NCBI GenBank assembly: GCA_964035575.1
Contig: OZ037836.1
Coordinates: 1,426,001-1,490,000 of the forward strand
DNA length: 64,000 nt
Source: Rhynchopus sp. YZ270_cl-10
Lineage: Eukaryota
Direction: 5' to 3'
This document shows, piece by piece, positions 24,843-37,956 of the stretch (positions within the stretch are counted from its first letter, which is position 1; every line of letters starts with the position of its first letter). The notes beneath the pieces were generated by a model, which made no database searches, was not told the origin of the DNA, and saw only the letters and a list, made by a program, of their open reading frames with translations. The position numbers were made by a program, and so were the translations under genes.

Positions 24843-27033
24843 CGTCTGTACTAGGGATAGTTATTTCTGCTCCCGTGACGTCTTTTGACCACATGCGAAT
24901 GTTGTGTTGTAAAGAGGAGCCACGACGTGTCCGCTGTACTCGCTGTGACGACCCCCTCCTTGTGTGCATAACGATCCAAGAGTCCGAGTTGGTACAGGTC
25001 GGGCGTCTTCATCCAATGCACCTGGATTGACTCGCCGTATCGTCTCACCACCTCCGACCCTCTCAGTCGAGTGGCATGCTGAGCTCTCGCCGCACCCAAG
25101 GATCGGCATTCATGAGGCGGAGCAGGTGCAAAGGGATTATGTCCAGGACTGCCAGGGAAGAGGGCAGGTGTTGTTCTGGTGCTCCATAACGAGAGCGCCG
25201 ACTCTTTTTATGTTGACGGTAGTCCTGCACAATATGTGCCTTGGTGATCACTGTACTCCAACGGCTTCATCGCACCTGAGTGCCATGGTGTACTGCAGAG
25301 GTGTGGTGTTGCAAGAGCATGACGTGACACATCACTGCTGGCGTGGCTCCACCAGAGAGAGGTGCTGGCGACCAGTGGGGACAGATGCTCTCGACACGAT
25401 GTTGAGGGGGGTCACGTATGTGCCGTTACCAGGGAGGGAAGGGAGGGGCGATATGTGTTGCGGTGCACGTCTGTGGGTTGTGTGAGGCAGGGGAGGTGGA
25501 GGTGCACAGTGTTGTGAGTGTGGGGGGTTTGGGTGTGGCGCTTCCCTCGATCGTTTTGTGGAGATGATGGGAGGGGAAGCTGTGTCTGGCGGTGGGGTGC
25601 TTTCGTGCATTTGTCTGGCACCTCAGCTTGTCTGTGGTTGCAGCACGAGAGCACCTTTGGCGTTCTTCCTTGCGTGGGGTGGGTGGAGACAGCGTGGAGG
25701 CTGTGCGGGTTTCTTGCAGAACGGGCAGTGTTTCCGCTCCTTCATTGGGTTCGCTTATTGATGAAGAATGGTGATTTTGACAATTTGTGCATAAAGGTAA
25801 ATATGTCGCAAGCTCGGCGCGCTACGTGCAGGAATTGCTGAGCCTCTGGCGGAGAAACTAGAATTCCTGTCCTAAAAAGGGTCCGAGCTTTCTCACGGTG
25901 GTGGGTGGGGTGGATATTTATGATATTCAAAGAGACGCAGAATCTCATAAATATCCACCCCATCCCAAAACCCCAAGTGTTCCAGTTTTGTTCCGGCCCA
26001 GAATACTTCTGTCTCAGAATAGTTACAGCCCAGAATAGTTCCGTTTACGGTATTCAAAGAGATGCAGGATCTCTGCGGACAACTCCTCACTGAGGTACTC
26101 ACGGGGTGGTTCTTGGCATGCAAAAGTGCATCAAGGGGTTCGTCGAGCGGAGACGTGTCTTCGACAACTTCAACCACGAAAATGCCCGCTCCTCTTACCA
26201 AGACGAAACGGGGAGGCAGAAGGCGGGTCGCACAAAGCAAAAAGGGGTGCAGTGTGCATCCTCATCCTTTTCGGCGCACGCCAACTCGAACAGAGTATGC
26301 TATGTGTAGAGCCTCTGCACGCACTTCGTCATCCTCGTCGCAACTGCTCACATTATTCCGTACTCCTTCTTGCCCCCGGCTTCGCCGGATCCAAAGAATC
26401 CCCATAAAGACCCATGTCTTATTTATTACAACGTACCTCCCCGCCCAACCCCCCCTTTTTTCTCTGTAATTCATTACTCTGAACTCGTGGACACCACGTG
26501 GTCTTTCACTGTCTTCTTGGTAGCTTTGCACGAAGAGGTGTGAGGTGTGATGACGGAGGCGAGTGGCTTCCGTTGTGTGCTCTGATGCACTGATGGTGTG
26601 CTTTCACTTGATGGTGTGACTGGGGGGACTGAGGGGGGAGGACACGCTTTGCTGTGCTTGGGGTGAACGGCTGTCCTTGTGGGGGGTGGAGGTGGACAGT
26701 GTTGTGAGTGTGGGGGGTTTGGGTGTGGCGCTTCCCTCCATCGTTTTGTGGTGATGATGGGAGGGAAGCTGTGTCTGGCGGTGGGGTGCTTTCGTGCATT
26801 TGTCTGGCACCTCAGCTTGTCTGTGGTTGCAGCACGAGAGCACCTTTGGCGTTCTTCCTTGCGTGGGGTGGGTGGAGACAGCGTGGAGGCTGTGCGGGTT
26901 TCTTGTGCAGAACGGGACAGGTAACGGTGCGTGAGAGGGGCAGGGGAAGGTGGGTTTGCTTTCGTGAGGAGGGAACGTCTGTGAAGGGCGCTGGTTCAGG
27001 GAGAGGGGGTGGAGAGGTGAGAGATCTGAAGTC

Positions 27034-28077
27034 GGCTTCGACACGAATCAGCACAGAGTCGAGGTGGGTGAGGATGACACAGTGGAGGGCTTGCGGCGGA
27101 AGGTGGCGACTGCAATGGGGTTGCCTGAAGACAGCTTTTGCATGAGTTTCGGAGGCGAAGCGATGGGAGAACCCGGCGACGGACCGCCCCCCATAGCACA
27201 TTTTTGCGGTGCACGGGCGTATCGGGATTAGTATCTTTTTTTTCGAGAGAACCGAAGAGCGGCCAGGTCCTGGACAAGTACGTTGTGCTTTTAGACCTAT
27301 AAACTGTCTGGGGTGGTGGGACCTCGGTGCGAAGGGTGCTTCCCGGGACCCCAATATCCTACCGCAATTATGGATCAGGATCCGAGTACACCATGTAAGC
27401 ATGAACTATGCAGGGTACTCTAAGCCGATCACTCCCACAAAACTCCCAGATCCCAAGACCTCCACGGGGGGCAGGCCTCCACGGTAACCCGCGACCGCCG
27501 ACACCTTAGCTCCGTACTGCCTCTGTCTGTAACCTGCCGGTCCCCCACTTACCTACGTTTTTTTGTGGTGTCTTTTTTACGACGGTGGACCAAGGGGCTT
27601 TGCAGTGCAGTCAACGCCGACGGAGCGAGACGCGATTGTGACCGGGTGAAAAGGGAACCTTAGCCAGCGCTAACCAGCGGCAGTTTTGACTCAGGGAGGA
27701 GTTTCTCACCGCAGACTGGCGACACACCCCCACTTTTTCGGGGTGGCTGCATTCCCTCACATGTGGGACGGGGTGTTCCATCCTATTTTTCAAAAAACGT
27801 ACACCAGGCGAAGCGATGGGAGAAGGAGCGGACATGACGCAGCTGAGTGCTGGTGACACAATCATCCTCACGAAGACGAAGAAGCAAGAAGCCATTGCAG
27901 AGCTTCATGCGTTGGGTGTGACCGACATCACAGCCGAGAAGTTGGAGAGTGTGAGGGATCCTGAGGTGGCGTGTTTGCTTCTGCAGGCGGAGGTTGCGAC
28001 TGTCATTCCGAATGGGTTCTTGGCAGACACTTCGTTGACGAGACTTGATCTCAGTGCTGAGTCCATTGTGACTCATA
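27034..28077 (+). pseudogene. UBL-LRR pseudogene: start deleted, insertion-interrupted, 3' truncated after the first LRR
   Basis: The upstream unit gagatctgaagtcgg is fused directly to GFDTNQHR. Homology stops at ...SAESIVTH. Confidence 0.85.
27172..27805 (+). mobile_element. Non-coding insertion with an 18(-19)-bp TSD
   Basis: (a)ggcgaagcgatgggagaa at 27153-27171 and 27806-27824. Both copies carry the same G variant versus the family consensus agacgaag, indicating true duplication at insertion. Confidence 0.85.
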
Positions 28078-28485
28078 TGCTGAAAAATTTTCACCTGAAA
28101 TTTTTTTTCAGCAGCATTTTTTGGCCGAAAATGGGCCCCAGCTATTAGTGACTGGGCTCATATTTTCAAAAATTTAAGTGGTCAAAAAATTGTCCAATTT
28201 TCGACATCGACCCCACCACTTTCTGGACGGATTCCGGAAATGCCAAAAAACTGTGTTTTGGGTCACCCGTTTTTTGGGGCCCCTGAGGCGATTTTATATA
28301 AAAAAACCACAGGATCACCCTGTTCCCACAACTTTTTTGTCAACTTTTTTTCAGGAAAAACTTTTTTTTTGCGCGCGCGCACATTTTTTTTTCAGGGTCA
28401 GCGAGCGGGAAACGAAAAAAAAGTCGACAAAAAAGTACCCTAAGTGCACGCACGACCCCCAAACCACTCCCAAACCTCCAAAAAT

Positions 28486-28660
28486 CGTCCCATACCACTC
28501 CCATACCCGCCCATACCCTCCCATACCACTCCCATACCGTCCCATACCACTCCCATACCGTCCCATACTGTCCCATACCCTCCCAAATCCTCCCACACTG
28601 TCCCATACCGTCCCATACCGTCCCATACCGTCCCAAATCCTCCCATACCCTCCCATACCC
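28486..28660. repeat. Degenerate 10-mer tandem repeat (CCCATACCNT)
   Basis: Seen directly. Confidence 0.9.
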
Positions 28661-29082
28661 GAATGTCCGTGACGTCAACTAGCCTACATAATTAGTTTTT
28701 TTTTTTATCGTGCAATTTTTGACGAGTGTACAAATCCGGCGAGTCTCCGTCACCCTCCAGTCACTGTATGTCGATGATGGGAGTGTGTATGTGGGGTGTA
28801 TGGGAAATGTGCCGAAGTATGGATGTTGAACCGAAAAAGTGGGCGAGGGTATAATTATTTGTGATCATTCTTGGTTTGGGGTTGGGAATCACATTTCAAC
28901 AAGTTGATAACAACTGTCTATCCTTGGACGATGCGAAGCGTGAAGTTGAGGTTTCCGGTGTGTTTTTCCGGGATTTTTTTTTTGGCGGATAATCAAAAAC
29001 GTGTTTGAGGGGCCTAGAACTGCTCAAATGGGTCAAATTTTGCTTTGAATGGGCTCAAATCGTCGAAATTAACCCTTATAGG

Positions 29083-30864
29083 CAGGGGTGTCGCTAATTT
29101 TGGGGAAATTTTTGAAAAATCTGAAATCGGGGTGCAATTTTTTTTTTTTTTACGTGGGGATTTTTTTTCCATTACCAGGGGGCGAAAAAACAGTGTTTTG
29201 TGGCATTTCCGAGCCAATCCCAGGCTGTGGTGGGGGATATACGGAAAAATGGACAAACTTTTAGTGACTTAAATTTTCACAAAATATGAACCCATACTCT
29301 TAAACATGGGCCATTTTCAGGTCTGAAAACCCAAATTCAGATGAAATTGTGGTGTTTTTGACATTACTGAGAACAGTAGGTAGCGCCGCAGGCGCACGGT
29401 ACCGAACTTTTGTCTTTTTCTTCTTCCCTTTTCTCTGCGTTCTTTTGATTGCGCGAGCCGATTGCTCTCCACGGTGGGGTCACATGTGTGCGCAAAAACA
29501 CGCTATGGTACCTTTACTAAGGAAACCCTGGTTTGCAAAAAAAAAAGGGTAAGGCAGGGTAAGGAAATCCCACCCAAAATGAAATACCCCCCCTTCTTTG
29601 TTTATCAACTTACCTTCCTTCACCCCCCTGTAAGGGTAACCGTAGGTGAAGTAAGGTATAGTATTGAAATCGATGTGGGGGGGGAGTAAAGGGTCAATTT
29701 TACAAAACCAGATTTTGAGGAAAATTTTAGCCAAAAATGGGCCCCACGTATAAGGAACCGGGCTCATATTTCTCAAAATTTAAGTGGTCAAAAAATTGTC
29801 CAATTTTCGAGATTGACCCCACCACTGCACGGGCGGAGCCCAAAAATGCAAATAAGGACCCTTTTTAATTTGTTCTCTTGAAATGTGTAATTTCATGTTT
29901 TCGCGAAAAAAATAACAACTGATCCTACAAGGGTTGAAGGAAGGTGGTTGAAAACAACAATAACAACAAGGACAAGTAATTGCTAAGGAAAAACGGGTGT
30001 GCTGTGGAAAACTCCGCGCGATTTTCGAAACCACCGTAGCATCCTGGCGATTTGCTGGAGGTGCTGATGCGCCTGGTGTGATCGATGTGTTGTAGTCTGT
30101 GCATTCTGTGTTCCTTCCGCACTGCTCCAACGACGACGACAATGTGGGGAGCCTGTGGGCAAAAACGAGCTGGACCACGCCGAGCCTGCCGAGCGGGCGT
30201 CCAACAACGCTATCGAGCAGATGGTGCTGGACGAAGAGGACAGCCCCCCTTCTTGAACGTTTCAGATGCTGGCGTGCCAGTGGGTCTGGCAGCGTACGAA
30301 GAGCGTTAGCATACCTGCAGAAGAGCAGAATGCTGGGCGTGTTGTAGATTATTTCTACAGGATGGAGTTCCACACCACACCCCGTTTTTTTTCCGATAGC
30401 AATTACTTGTTCGTTGATTGTTGTTCGTTCATCGCATCCATTTTTTTTTTTTTTTTTCAAACCCCAAAAGTCCCGAAAACCCCGAAAAACCCGCGTCCTG
30501 AAGTACGGTGGAGAGGTGGAGCACAAGGGGGGAAGGGGAAAACGGTAAAACTCATGACCACCGACGAGCGCGTCTTTCATTTCCAGACGTATTGCATACT
30601 CGTACAAAAAATAAATCTTCGCGGGGTGAGGGCGGCACCTGGTGATTTTCCCTGACCCCCAAAAACCTCGTTTTTGGAACGTTCTGACACAACCGAGTTC
30701 ACGGTGGCCTCTCACTTAAAAAAAGAACAAGTTGTTAACACATTAAACCCACCCTGTATTAGGTGCAAATTTTTTTTTTCCTACACAGATTTTACTAGGG
30801 GTGCAAATTTTTTTTTTGGTTTTGAAAAAGTCGGGACCCTGGACCCGAATTAGCGACACCCCTG
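29083..30864. mobile_element. Non-autonomous hAT-like element (17-bp TIR, 8-bp TSD)
   Basis: cttatagg|caggggtgtcgctaatt ... aattagcgacacccctg|cttatagg. An empty-site homologue lies at ~34760-34860. An inverted copy of the left arm lies at ~51600-51953 + 54472-54568. Confidence 0.85.
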
Positions 30865-31562
30865 CTTATAGGGGAAAAAAAAATTTTTTGCAGAGTCCCT
30901 TTCCCTTTGGCGACTTAGGATCACCAAAAGTGGGTTTGAGCGTGTAATTATTACCCATAATTACACGGCTGACATTTTTGGTCGCAAATCGCTAACGATT
31001 CATAATTACACGCTTGGTAATACTTACACGCTCCCAGATTATAATTTTTGGTTCTTCCTGAAGGATTTGTACACGAGTCAAAAATTGCACGATAAAAAAA
31101 AAAGTAGCTTTTTTTTGACTGGCCAAGTATGTAGCATTTCCGAGTGTCACATAAAACCGTCCCGAGTTTTTCCTGGTCACTTTTTCCCAGACAGAAGTGC
31201 CCTACCTACCTTCCCCCTTAGGCGAAAAAAAAGTGCGGCAACCGGGAAAATTTGGTCGGTAAAAAAAGTGCGGCATTTCCAAAATCTCAAATCGTAAAAT
31301 CGAAACTCAGATTTAGGAAATAGCCTGTTTCTCACCTCACTTTTTTTTTTTTTTTTTTTTTATATGTCAAACGCAGTTGACAGGGGAAATGCTACGGTCG
31401 CTCTAACTGTTTTCACCCTCACTTGTGCTCCTCCCTTCTCACACACCACTTTCTGTACTTCAGGACTTTCATTTTCTTACCTTTTCTATTTGGCTCTGTT
31501 TTTGTAAACATTCAGTTTTCAAAAAAAAAAAAAAAAAAAAAAAAAAAAACAACAAAACAAAA

Positions 31563-34500
31563 CACGGATGCTGCCAGATCTGGCCAGATCTCCAGATCTG
31601 GGCCGCCCAGATCTGGCCAGATCTGGAAAAAAAATTTTTGAACAAGATAAAACAAAAAAGCTTGCGTTTCTTTTATCGAACAGATTTTATTCTCCGCCCC
31701 GTACCCAAAACGTAAACACCACTTTGAATCAGAAAAAATATTTTCTTTTCTTTTTTCTTCCACACGCGCTTGGTTTTTGTGTTTCATTAACTTTTATCAA
31801 AAAGCTTTCGATCTCAGTCCCTGGTGGGGACTGTCCCTAGTTTCGACGCGAAACGTTTCCCCATGTATTGCACGGGAAACAATATATATGACAAACAGGT
31901 GCAGGGTGGTTCCGTGCTTATCATAGAACCCGGCACCTTGTGTGTCTTCCAAAAACCAAAAAGCGTTGTGTGTGAAGTTTTGAAGGAAGGAAAAATAAAA
32001 TTTTTTTTGAAAAAAAAATTTTCCCAGACGTCCCAGATCTGGCCAGATCTGGCCAGATCTGGCCAAATCTGGGAGATCTGGGACGTCTGGGAAAATTTTT
32101 TTTTCCAGGTACCCCAATGACATAACGAAGTATCGCTTGAAGTACCGTTCAATATACGTTGCTCGTGTGTGCAAGTTACGAAGTAGGACACACAAGGTAT
32201 ATCAAACGATAAATCAATCAGATAAACGTTACATCATCGGAAAATTGTTGGCACCGCCGCCCTGTCTTCGTATTTATTACGTCGACAGGCCAAACAGCGT
32301 TGGGCTCAGAAGAAGCAGTGCAAAACACTGGGGATCAACATGAGAACCAACTCCCAACAACACAGGCTACCGAAGTAGCAGGTGGGGTGTTGCGGGTGTT
32401 TGGGGTGAAAGAAAATCGATTTTGGTAAGTTCCAGCAGAAAATTCTTAAGTTTGCACAATTGAGAAGGGTGTTACCACTGCCTAATATTATTCGTACATG
32501 TGAACCGGTAAGGTCGAGAAGGGTGGACACGGCATACAAGTACAAGTACAAGTAAGACGTACCTTCTACAAAGGCTGAATTCGCAATTCTTAAGGGATTG
32601 AATTCAGCCCCCACGTGGTGTTTTTGAGAAAATCATTCCATGGTATACAGCTAATGGTTCCCGAAGAATGATTCGCCCCTCCTCGTTCATGCAAACTTAA
32701 GAAAATTCTGAAGTAACTACAACCTGGCGTGCGGGTACAGATGCATTGCTTTGTTCTTTCCTCAAAGTCATGTGTGATCTCTCGGGTCTGTACTAAAGTC
32801 AGTGTTTAGATAAGCATCCACTTGACTCGTTCTAACAACCGTTGAAATCTAGAACAAAACAACACACTGCCCCTTCTCACACCAAGCCGCCATGCTTCAA
32901 GAGCATGCCCTGGGCAAAAATTACTCTGACAAAAATTGGTTTTCTGGGGGAACGCAATATTTTCTTGTGCCTAGTCCTCCGCAAGAGCAGAGGACAGACT
33001 TTCCGGATCCCGAAGTCGAATTTCTTGCACTAGCTATGCTCCCTGGGTTAAATGGCTATAGCAGTGACTGACTAAGAGTTTCATAATAATTAGGGTGGTC
33101 TATGGGTTAACAATGGAAAAGTTGGTATATAAACCCGACTTTTACGATCGCCACCTGGTTTTGAAATAATTGCACCAGCTCTTCCGTCGGCACTGCTTCG
33201 CTGTCACGATGAAGGGTCGTAGGTTCGGGTACCTGTTAAGAGAAATTGAATGTAAAAGTAGAGACTACAACAAAAAAACAAACAAGAAGCCGCCCCGTAC
33301 CCCTTAAACGTAAAAGTGACATTTTTGTAGACAAAAAAAAAAAAAATAGCTAAAAAGATCGGGTCTTTTGTTTGTGCGCTCAAAGCCGGGAAAACAAAAA
33401 GGTGAAAAAATATGTTAAACTGAAGTACGGTTGTTGTGGTTAATTGAGTACTCAAAGAAAACAAGCAAGCTTCTGTTTTTTTCAATCCGTTTTGTTTGCC
33501 CTGCAGCGCTGCCTCCAATCTTTTTAGAATTGACAACAAGTTGTTTTATCAAAAAAATAGCGGACATGTCGAAAAGGGAGAAAACCGGGGGGTTAAAAAC
33601 ATACCTTGCACTCGGCCCACTCTCCAGGTACAAAGAACATCACTGCACGACAAACCCATAGAAAATAACTATTTTTTACCGAACAGAAAGGTCGTTTTAT
33701 TGATGAGTGTTTTCTGAGTGCACACTCAGGGGGACAAAATGCAACACTTACCGAAAAAATTCTCCAATCGGACAAAAACCTTTCTAAACACCCAAAAAAA
33801 AACACCTCAGTCCACATCCGCTGGGGTCGCGAGATGGAAATATATGGTTTTACAGCTTTTAGGGGGTCTAGCGTGGGTCCCAGATGCATTTTGCAACGGG
33901 TCTGTGTGTGCCTCAACCGCTTCACAGTACCCTTTTTTGTAACTGAAAACGACGCATCCTGTACCTAAGTGCACTGAAGCCTTGCTTGCGTCCTCCTTCG
34001 TGGTTTTGGGCGTTCGCACGCGAGAATCATTATCGCATTCTCACATGTAATTCTCGCATCACGGAGAGGATTTTAGCGTCACGTGACCACAAAAAAAGTG
34101 CACAAAATTAGTTTGGTCAAAAATCACCTTGCACTTGTGAAGGAATTGCTAAGGAAATGTGAAATATGCGTGTTTTGGTACACAAAAGTGCGTTTTGGGT
34201 GGTTCTGAAGGGTCAAAACACCAAAAAAATGCGTTTTTTTTGCATTTTTGGTCACCCAAGGACCCACTATTTTGGTTGATATTTTTTTTTTCCCTTTGCG
34301 AAAAAATACCCAAAAACCACGTCTATAAAAACGCTAAGGAAAAATCGATATTCATTTTTTGGGCAGAGAAGTGCGTTTTAGGCGCCCACAGATGGTCAAA
34401 ACATCAAAAATTTTGTGTTTTTGGCATCTTTGGACACCCATGGACCCACTATCAGGGGTGAATTTTTTTTGCCTGAGATTTGCCTTTGCCAAAAATCGAA

Positions 34501-35079
34501 AAAAAAAATTATGAAGGAAATTGCTAAGAAAAAGTCGAAATTGTGGGCCCCTGTAGTGCATATGGCGGTACCCCAGATCGTCAAAACACCCGACTCTTGC
34601 GTTTTTTTGCACTTTTTGGTGCACAAAAACCCTACTCAGGGGTCAAAATTTTCCCGGATAAAAAAAAATTTTTTTTTCGGGATTTTTCAAAAATCGACTT
34701 GTCTTTGGTAAAAACCACGAAATTTCGGGTTCGCAAAACCACGTTTTAGACCCCCACAGATGCTCAAAAGTGCCAAATTTTGCTTTAAATGGCCTCAAAT
34801 CGTCGAAATTAGCCCTATTTAGGGGCGAAAAAAAAAATTCGAGAGTCCCTTTCCCTGGGAGACAATAGCCAGAAATCTGAGAAAAAAAAAAAAAACTGGC
34901 CAGATTTCCAGATCTGGCCAGATCTGGGGGGGTTTTTTTTTTTTGAAAAAAAAAAATTTCCCAGATTCCCAGATCTGGCCAGATCTGGCCAGATCTGGAA
35001 ACAAGATCTCCACATCTGGAAAACGAGCCAGATCTGGGAAATTGGCCCCCAAATCTGGCCAGATCTGGCAGCATCCGTG
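31563..35079. mobile_element. 3.5-kb non-autonomous TIR element with AGATCTGGCC subterminal repeats
   Basis: 27-bp TIR cacggatgctgccagatctggccagat with its exact reverse complement ending 35079. AGATCTGG clusters at 31575-31627, 32030-32090 and 34895-35070. TSD unclear in A/C-rich flanks. Confidence 0.7.
32305..33070. repeat. Dispersed ~750-bp repeat; diverged direct copy at ~63330-64000 and inverted partial copy at ~44700-44830
   Basis: Shared catgcttcaagagcatgcc...gtcgaatttcttgcactagctatgctccctgggttaaatggctatagcagtgactgac. Confidence 0.8.
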
Positions 35080-35147
35080 ACAAAACACACAAACAAGAAA
35101 ATGATAATATTCCGCTGTGCTCAAGGAGTTTTTAGGGTAAGAGATTC

Positions 35148-35631
35148 ATTAACCATTGCTGTTCGAGATGAATGAGGTATATTTAACCATTGCGTTTCGA
35201 GATTTGGAAGAGGTTTATTAACCATTGCTGTTCGAGATTTGGAAGAGGTTTATTAACCATTGCTGTTTGAGCTGAATGAGGTATATTTAACCATTGCCGT
35301 TCGAGATGTGGAAGAGGTTTATTAACCATTGCTGTTTGAGCTGAATGAGGTATATTTAACCATTGCTGTTCGAGATGAATGAGGTTTATTAACCATTGCT
35401 GTTCGAGATTTGGAAGAGGTTTATTAACCATTGCTGTTCGAGATTTGGAAGAGGTTTATTAACCATTGCTGTTCGAGATGAATGAGGTATATTTAACCAT
35501 TGCTGTTCGAGATGAATGAGGTTTATTAACCATTGCTGTTCGAGATTTGGAAGAGGTTTATTAACCATTGCTGTTCGAGATGAATGAGGTTTATTAACCA
35601 TTGTTGTTCGATATGGCTGTGGTTTATAACC
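35148..35631. repeat. Minisatellite of 14 units (33-35 bp) in three interspersed variants
   Basis: Constant ttaaccattgctgttcgagat followed by ttggaagaggttta, gaatgaggtatat or gaatgaggttta. Confidence 0.95.
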
Positions 35632-35650
35632 GACAACGCTTCTGTTCTAT

Positions 35651-36520
35651 TTGGGTGATCGGTATGTAGGGCATAGTGCGGATCCACAGTGCTGGACGCT
35701 GGCGCTGCAGATTGTGAACCTGCACCTCGGTTCCGAGGGGATTGCCTTGGCGCAGCGCCTGTCGCTGCTCAACAGCCGCGGCTTCCAGCTGGAAGCACTG
35801 ACTGGCAGCCACAAGAGGTACAATCCCCCACAGACGGGAACACCACCCTGGACTATGCCCATGGGGCTGGTTTCTCGACCCGCGACTCTTCACGTCCCAC
35901 ATTCAACGTCTCGTGGGAGTGCGACAACAGCACGGGGAGTTCACGCTGACGTGTTCCCGATCTCCTTCCACCTGAGCTGGACGTGCACGAAAGACGCGAG
36001 CATGACCCTTTTGCCTACCGCATCCTTCCCCAAGAGAACTCAGCTCACACTGCCTGCGTGGCACTCTACTTTCGGTTCCGTGAGGGAGGCGGGTAAGTAC
36101 CGGTGGGTGTTGCCGTGCGCGGGCATCTTGGCACACTATCTCTGGTCGACACGGACGACACACGGTTGAATATGTCGGACTACACAGGCATGGGCGGTGT
36201 ACAAGGTGTATACGTTCTGCCCCACAAAACGTACCCGACAGCACTACCAGAGACGCTGCCGCCTGCCACGAGCTGTCCAGTGAGCACGTCTGTGTCATAC
36301 GCCGGTGTGATGGACGCGACCACCTCAGCAACCACCTCGAAGTGCTGGGCAATAAAGTGCACAGGAGTACTGAGGATGACATACAGGAACATGCTCTCAC
36401 TGCGCAACACGCAAGGCTACGAACTCGACTCCCTCGGCGACCACAGGGATGTCCACGAAGCTGACTACCCTGCAGACGGCACCCTCACACTGGTCTTCAC
36501 GAAGGTGCTCAACGGGAGTT
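35651..36520 (+). pseudogene. Possible degenerate coding fragment of unknown family
   Basis: GC-rich, homopolymer-free stretch with overlapping long ORFs in shifting frames. No domain recognised. Confidence 0.3.
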
Positions 36521-37956
36521 TGCGCAATTACCGTTCTCGCTGTTTTGGGCCACGGGTCCTCCGTTTTTTGCGATTAATCGCATCGCTGTGTTGGGCCATT
36601 GCGCCTGTTGTTCAATCTTACGTATTCTGCTGTCACCGCTTCGCTGTCTTGGGCATTGGGACCCATTTTATTCAAACTTCAGTTTTTTGCAGTCACCACT
36701 TCCGCTGGTTCCGTATGGACGGCTCTTCTGGATGGATTCCCCAGACCGAGATTCACAAGGTGCGTGCGACCCAGGCACACACATTTTCGTAAAGGAGGTA
36801 TACGCAACAAAGAAATCTGCGTTTCTGCTTTCCCTGTACGTAGACACATGCACCCTCACCCTTCGTGTGGGTGCCACGACCACGGTTTATTAACCAATCT
36901 GCTACACTCTTGCACCACGCGTAGGGCAACGTCGCCCAGGTAGGGTTGCTTGCGAAGGAGAGCGCTGTCAAGAGGAGGATCCAGTTCTGCGTGACCTGAC
37001 GTTGTACACGCTGTACCCTACAAATGTAGTTGTCATGAATAGGCGCACGCCCGCAAAGCCAATCGCAGAACCTTAACAACGCAGGCACCACAACATAAAG
37101 GAGCAATGCACATAAGAGTAGAGTCTCCTGGAGACAGCACGGTGCTGACTTCGTATGCAAGGCCGTGTACGAAGACATTAGATTTACTAGGGTGCCACTA
37201 GGGTGCCATTACGACCACGGTTTATTAACCAATCTGCTACGCTCATTAGCTCTTTAGCTCATTAGCTCCGACTACGGTTAATTAACCAAATCTATCAACC
37301 TGCCAGCTTGCCCGACAACCTGGCGGCAATGCATTGTATTTACAGGGGTTTCTCAACGTGTTACCAGACATACCTGCTGCAAGGCTCGTTCATTAACCAC
37401 TTGATGTTGTTATGAACATACATATTTTCGTCAAGGAGGTATACGCAACAAGGTTATCTGCGGTTCTGGCTTCCCTGCAAGTAGACACATGCGCCCTCAT
37501 CCTTCGTGAAGGTCCCATGACGACCACGGTTAGTAACCGCTGCTACGCTCCTTAGCTCCTTAGCTCATTAGCCCATCAGCTCCTTGGCGCCTTAGCTCTT
37601 TAGCTCTTTCGCTCATTAGCGCCTTAGCTCATTAGCTCCGACTGCGGTTAATTAACCAAATCTGTCAACCTGCACGACAACCTGGCGGCAGTGCATTATA
37701 TTAACGCGGGTCACTTAACGTGTTACCAGGCCCACCTGCTGCTTGCACGATTCGACGTCGCCAGAAACAAGTACATACGGATCAGAAGTGTCTACGTTAA
37801 CATTCCCATGCAAGAGGCAGACGAATACACACGAGGCACGATCGCTCAGGAGGCTGTAGTTTTGGACGAATAATTTTCTCTGTTTTAAAGGCTGGGGAGT
37901 GGTTGGGGCATGCTTTTTTTTTTTTTTTTCTGCGCTACCGCGTCCCATAGGGTCCT

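Noticed and set aside
25907..25961. 17-bp inverted repeat hairpin ggggtggatatttatga/tcataaatatccacccc
   Set aside because: It is real but single, with no TSD or second copy, so there is too little to call an element.
29780..30715. 311-aa minus-strand ORF inside the hAT-like element
   Set aside because: It crosses homopolymer runs and has no transposase motifs. The GC-rich core may be captured sequence but is unassignable.
35148..35631. CRISPR-like array (constant 21-mer with short intervening sequences)
   Set aside because: The intervening parts are 11-14 bp and recur as only three variants, there are no cas genes, and the context is eukaryotic.
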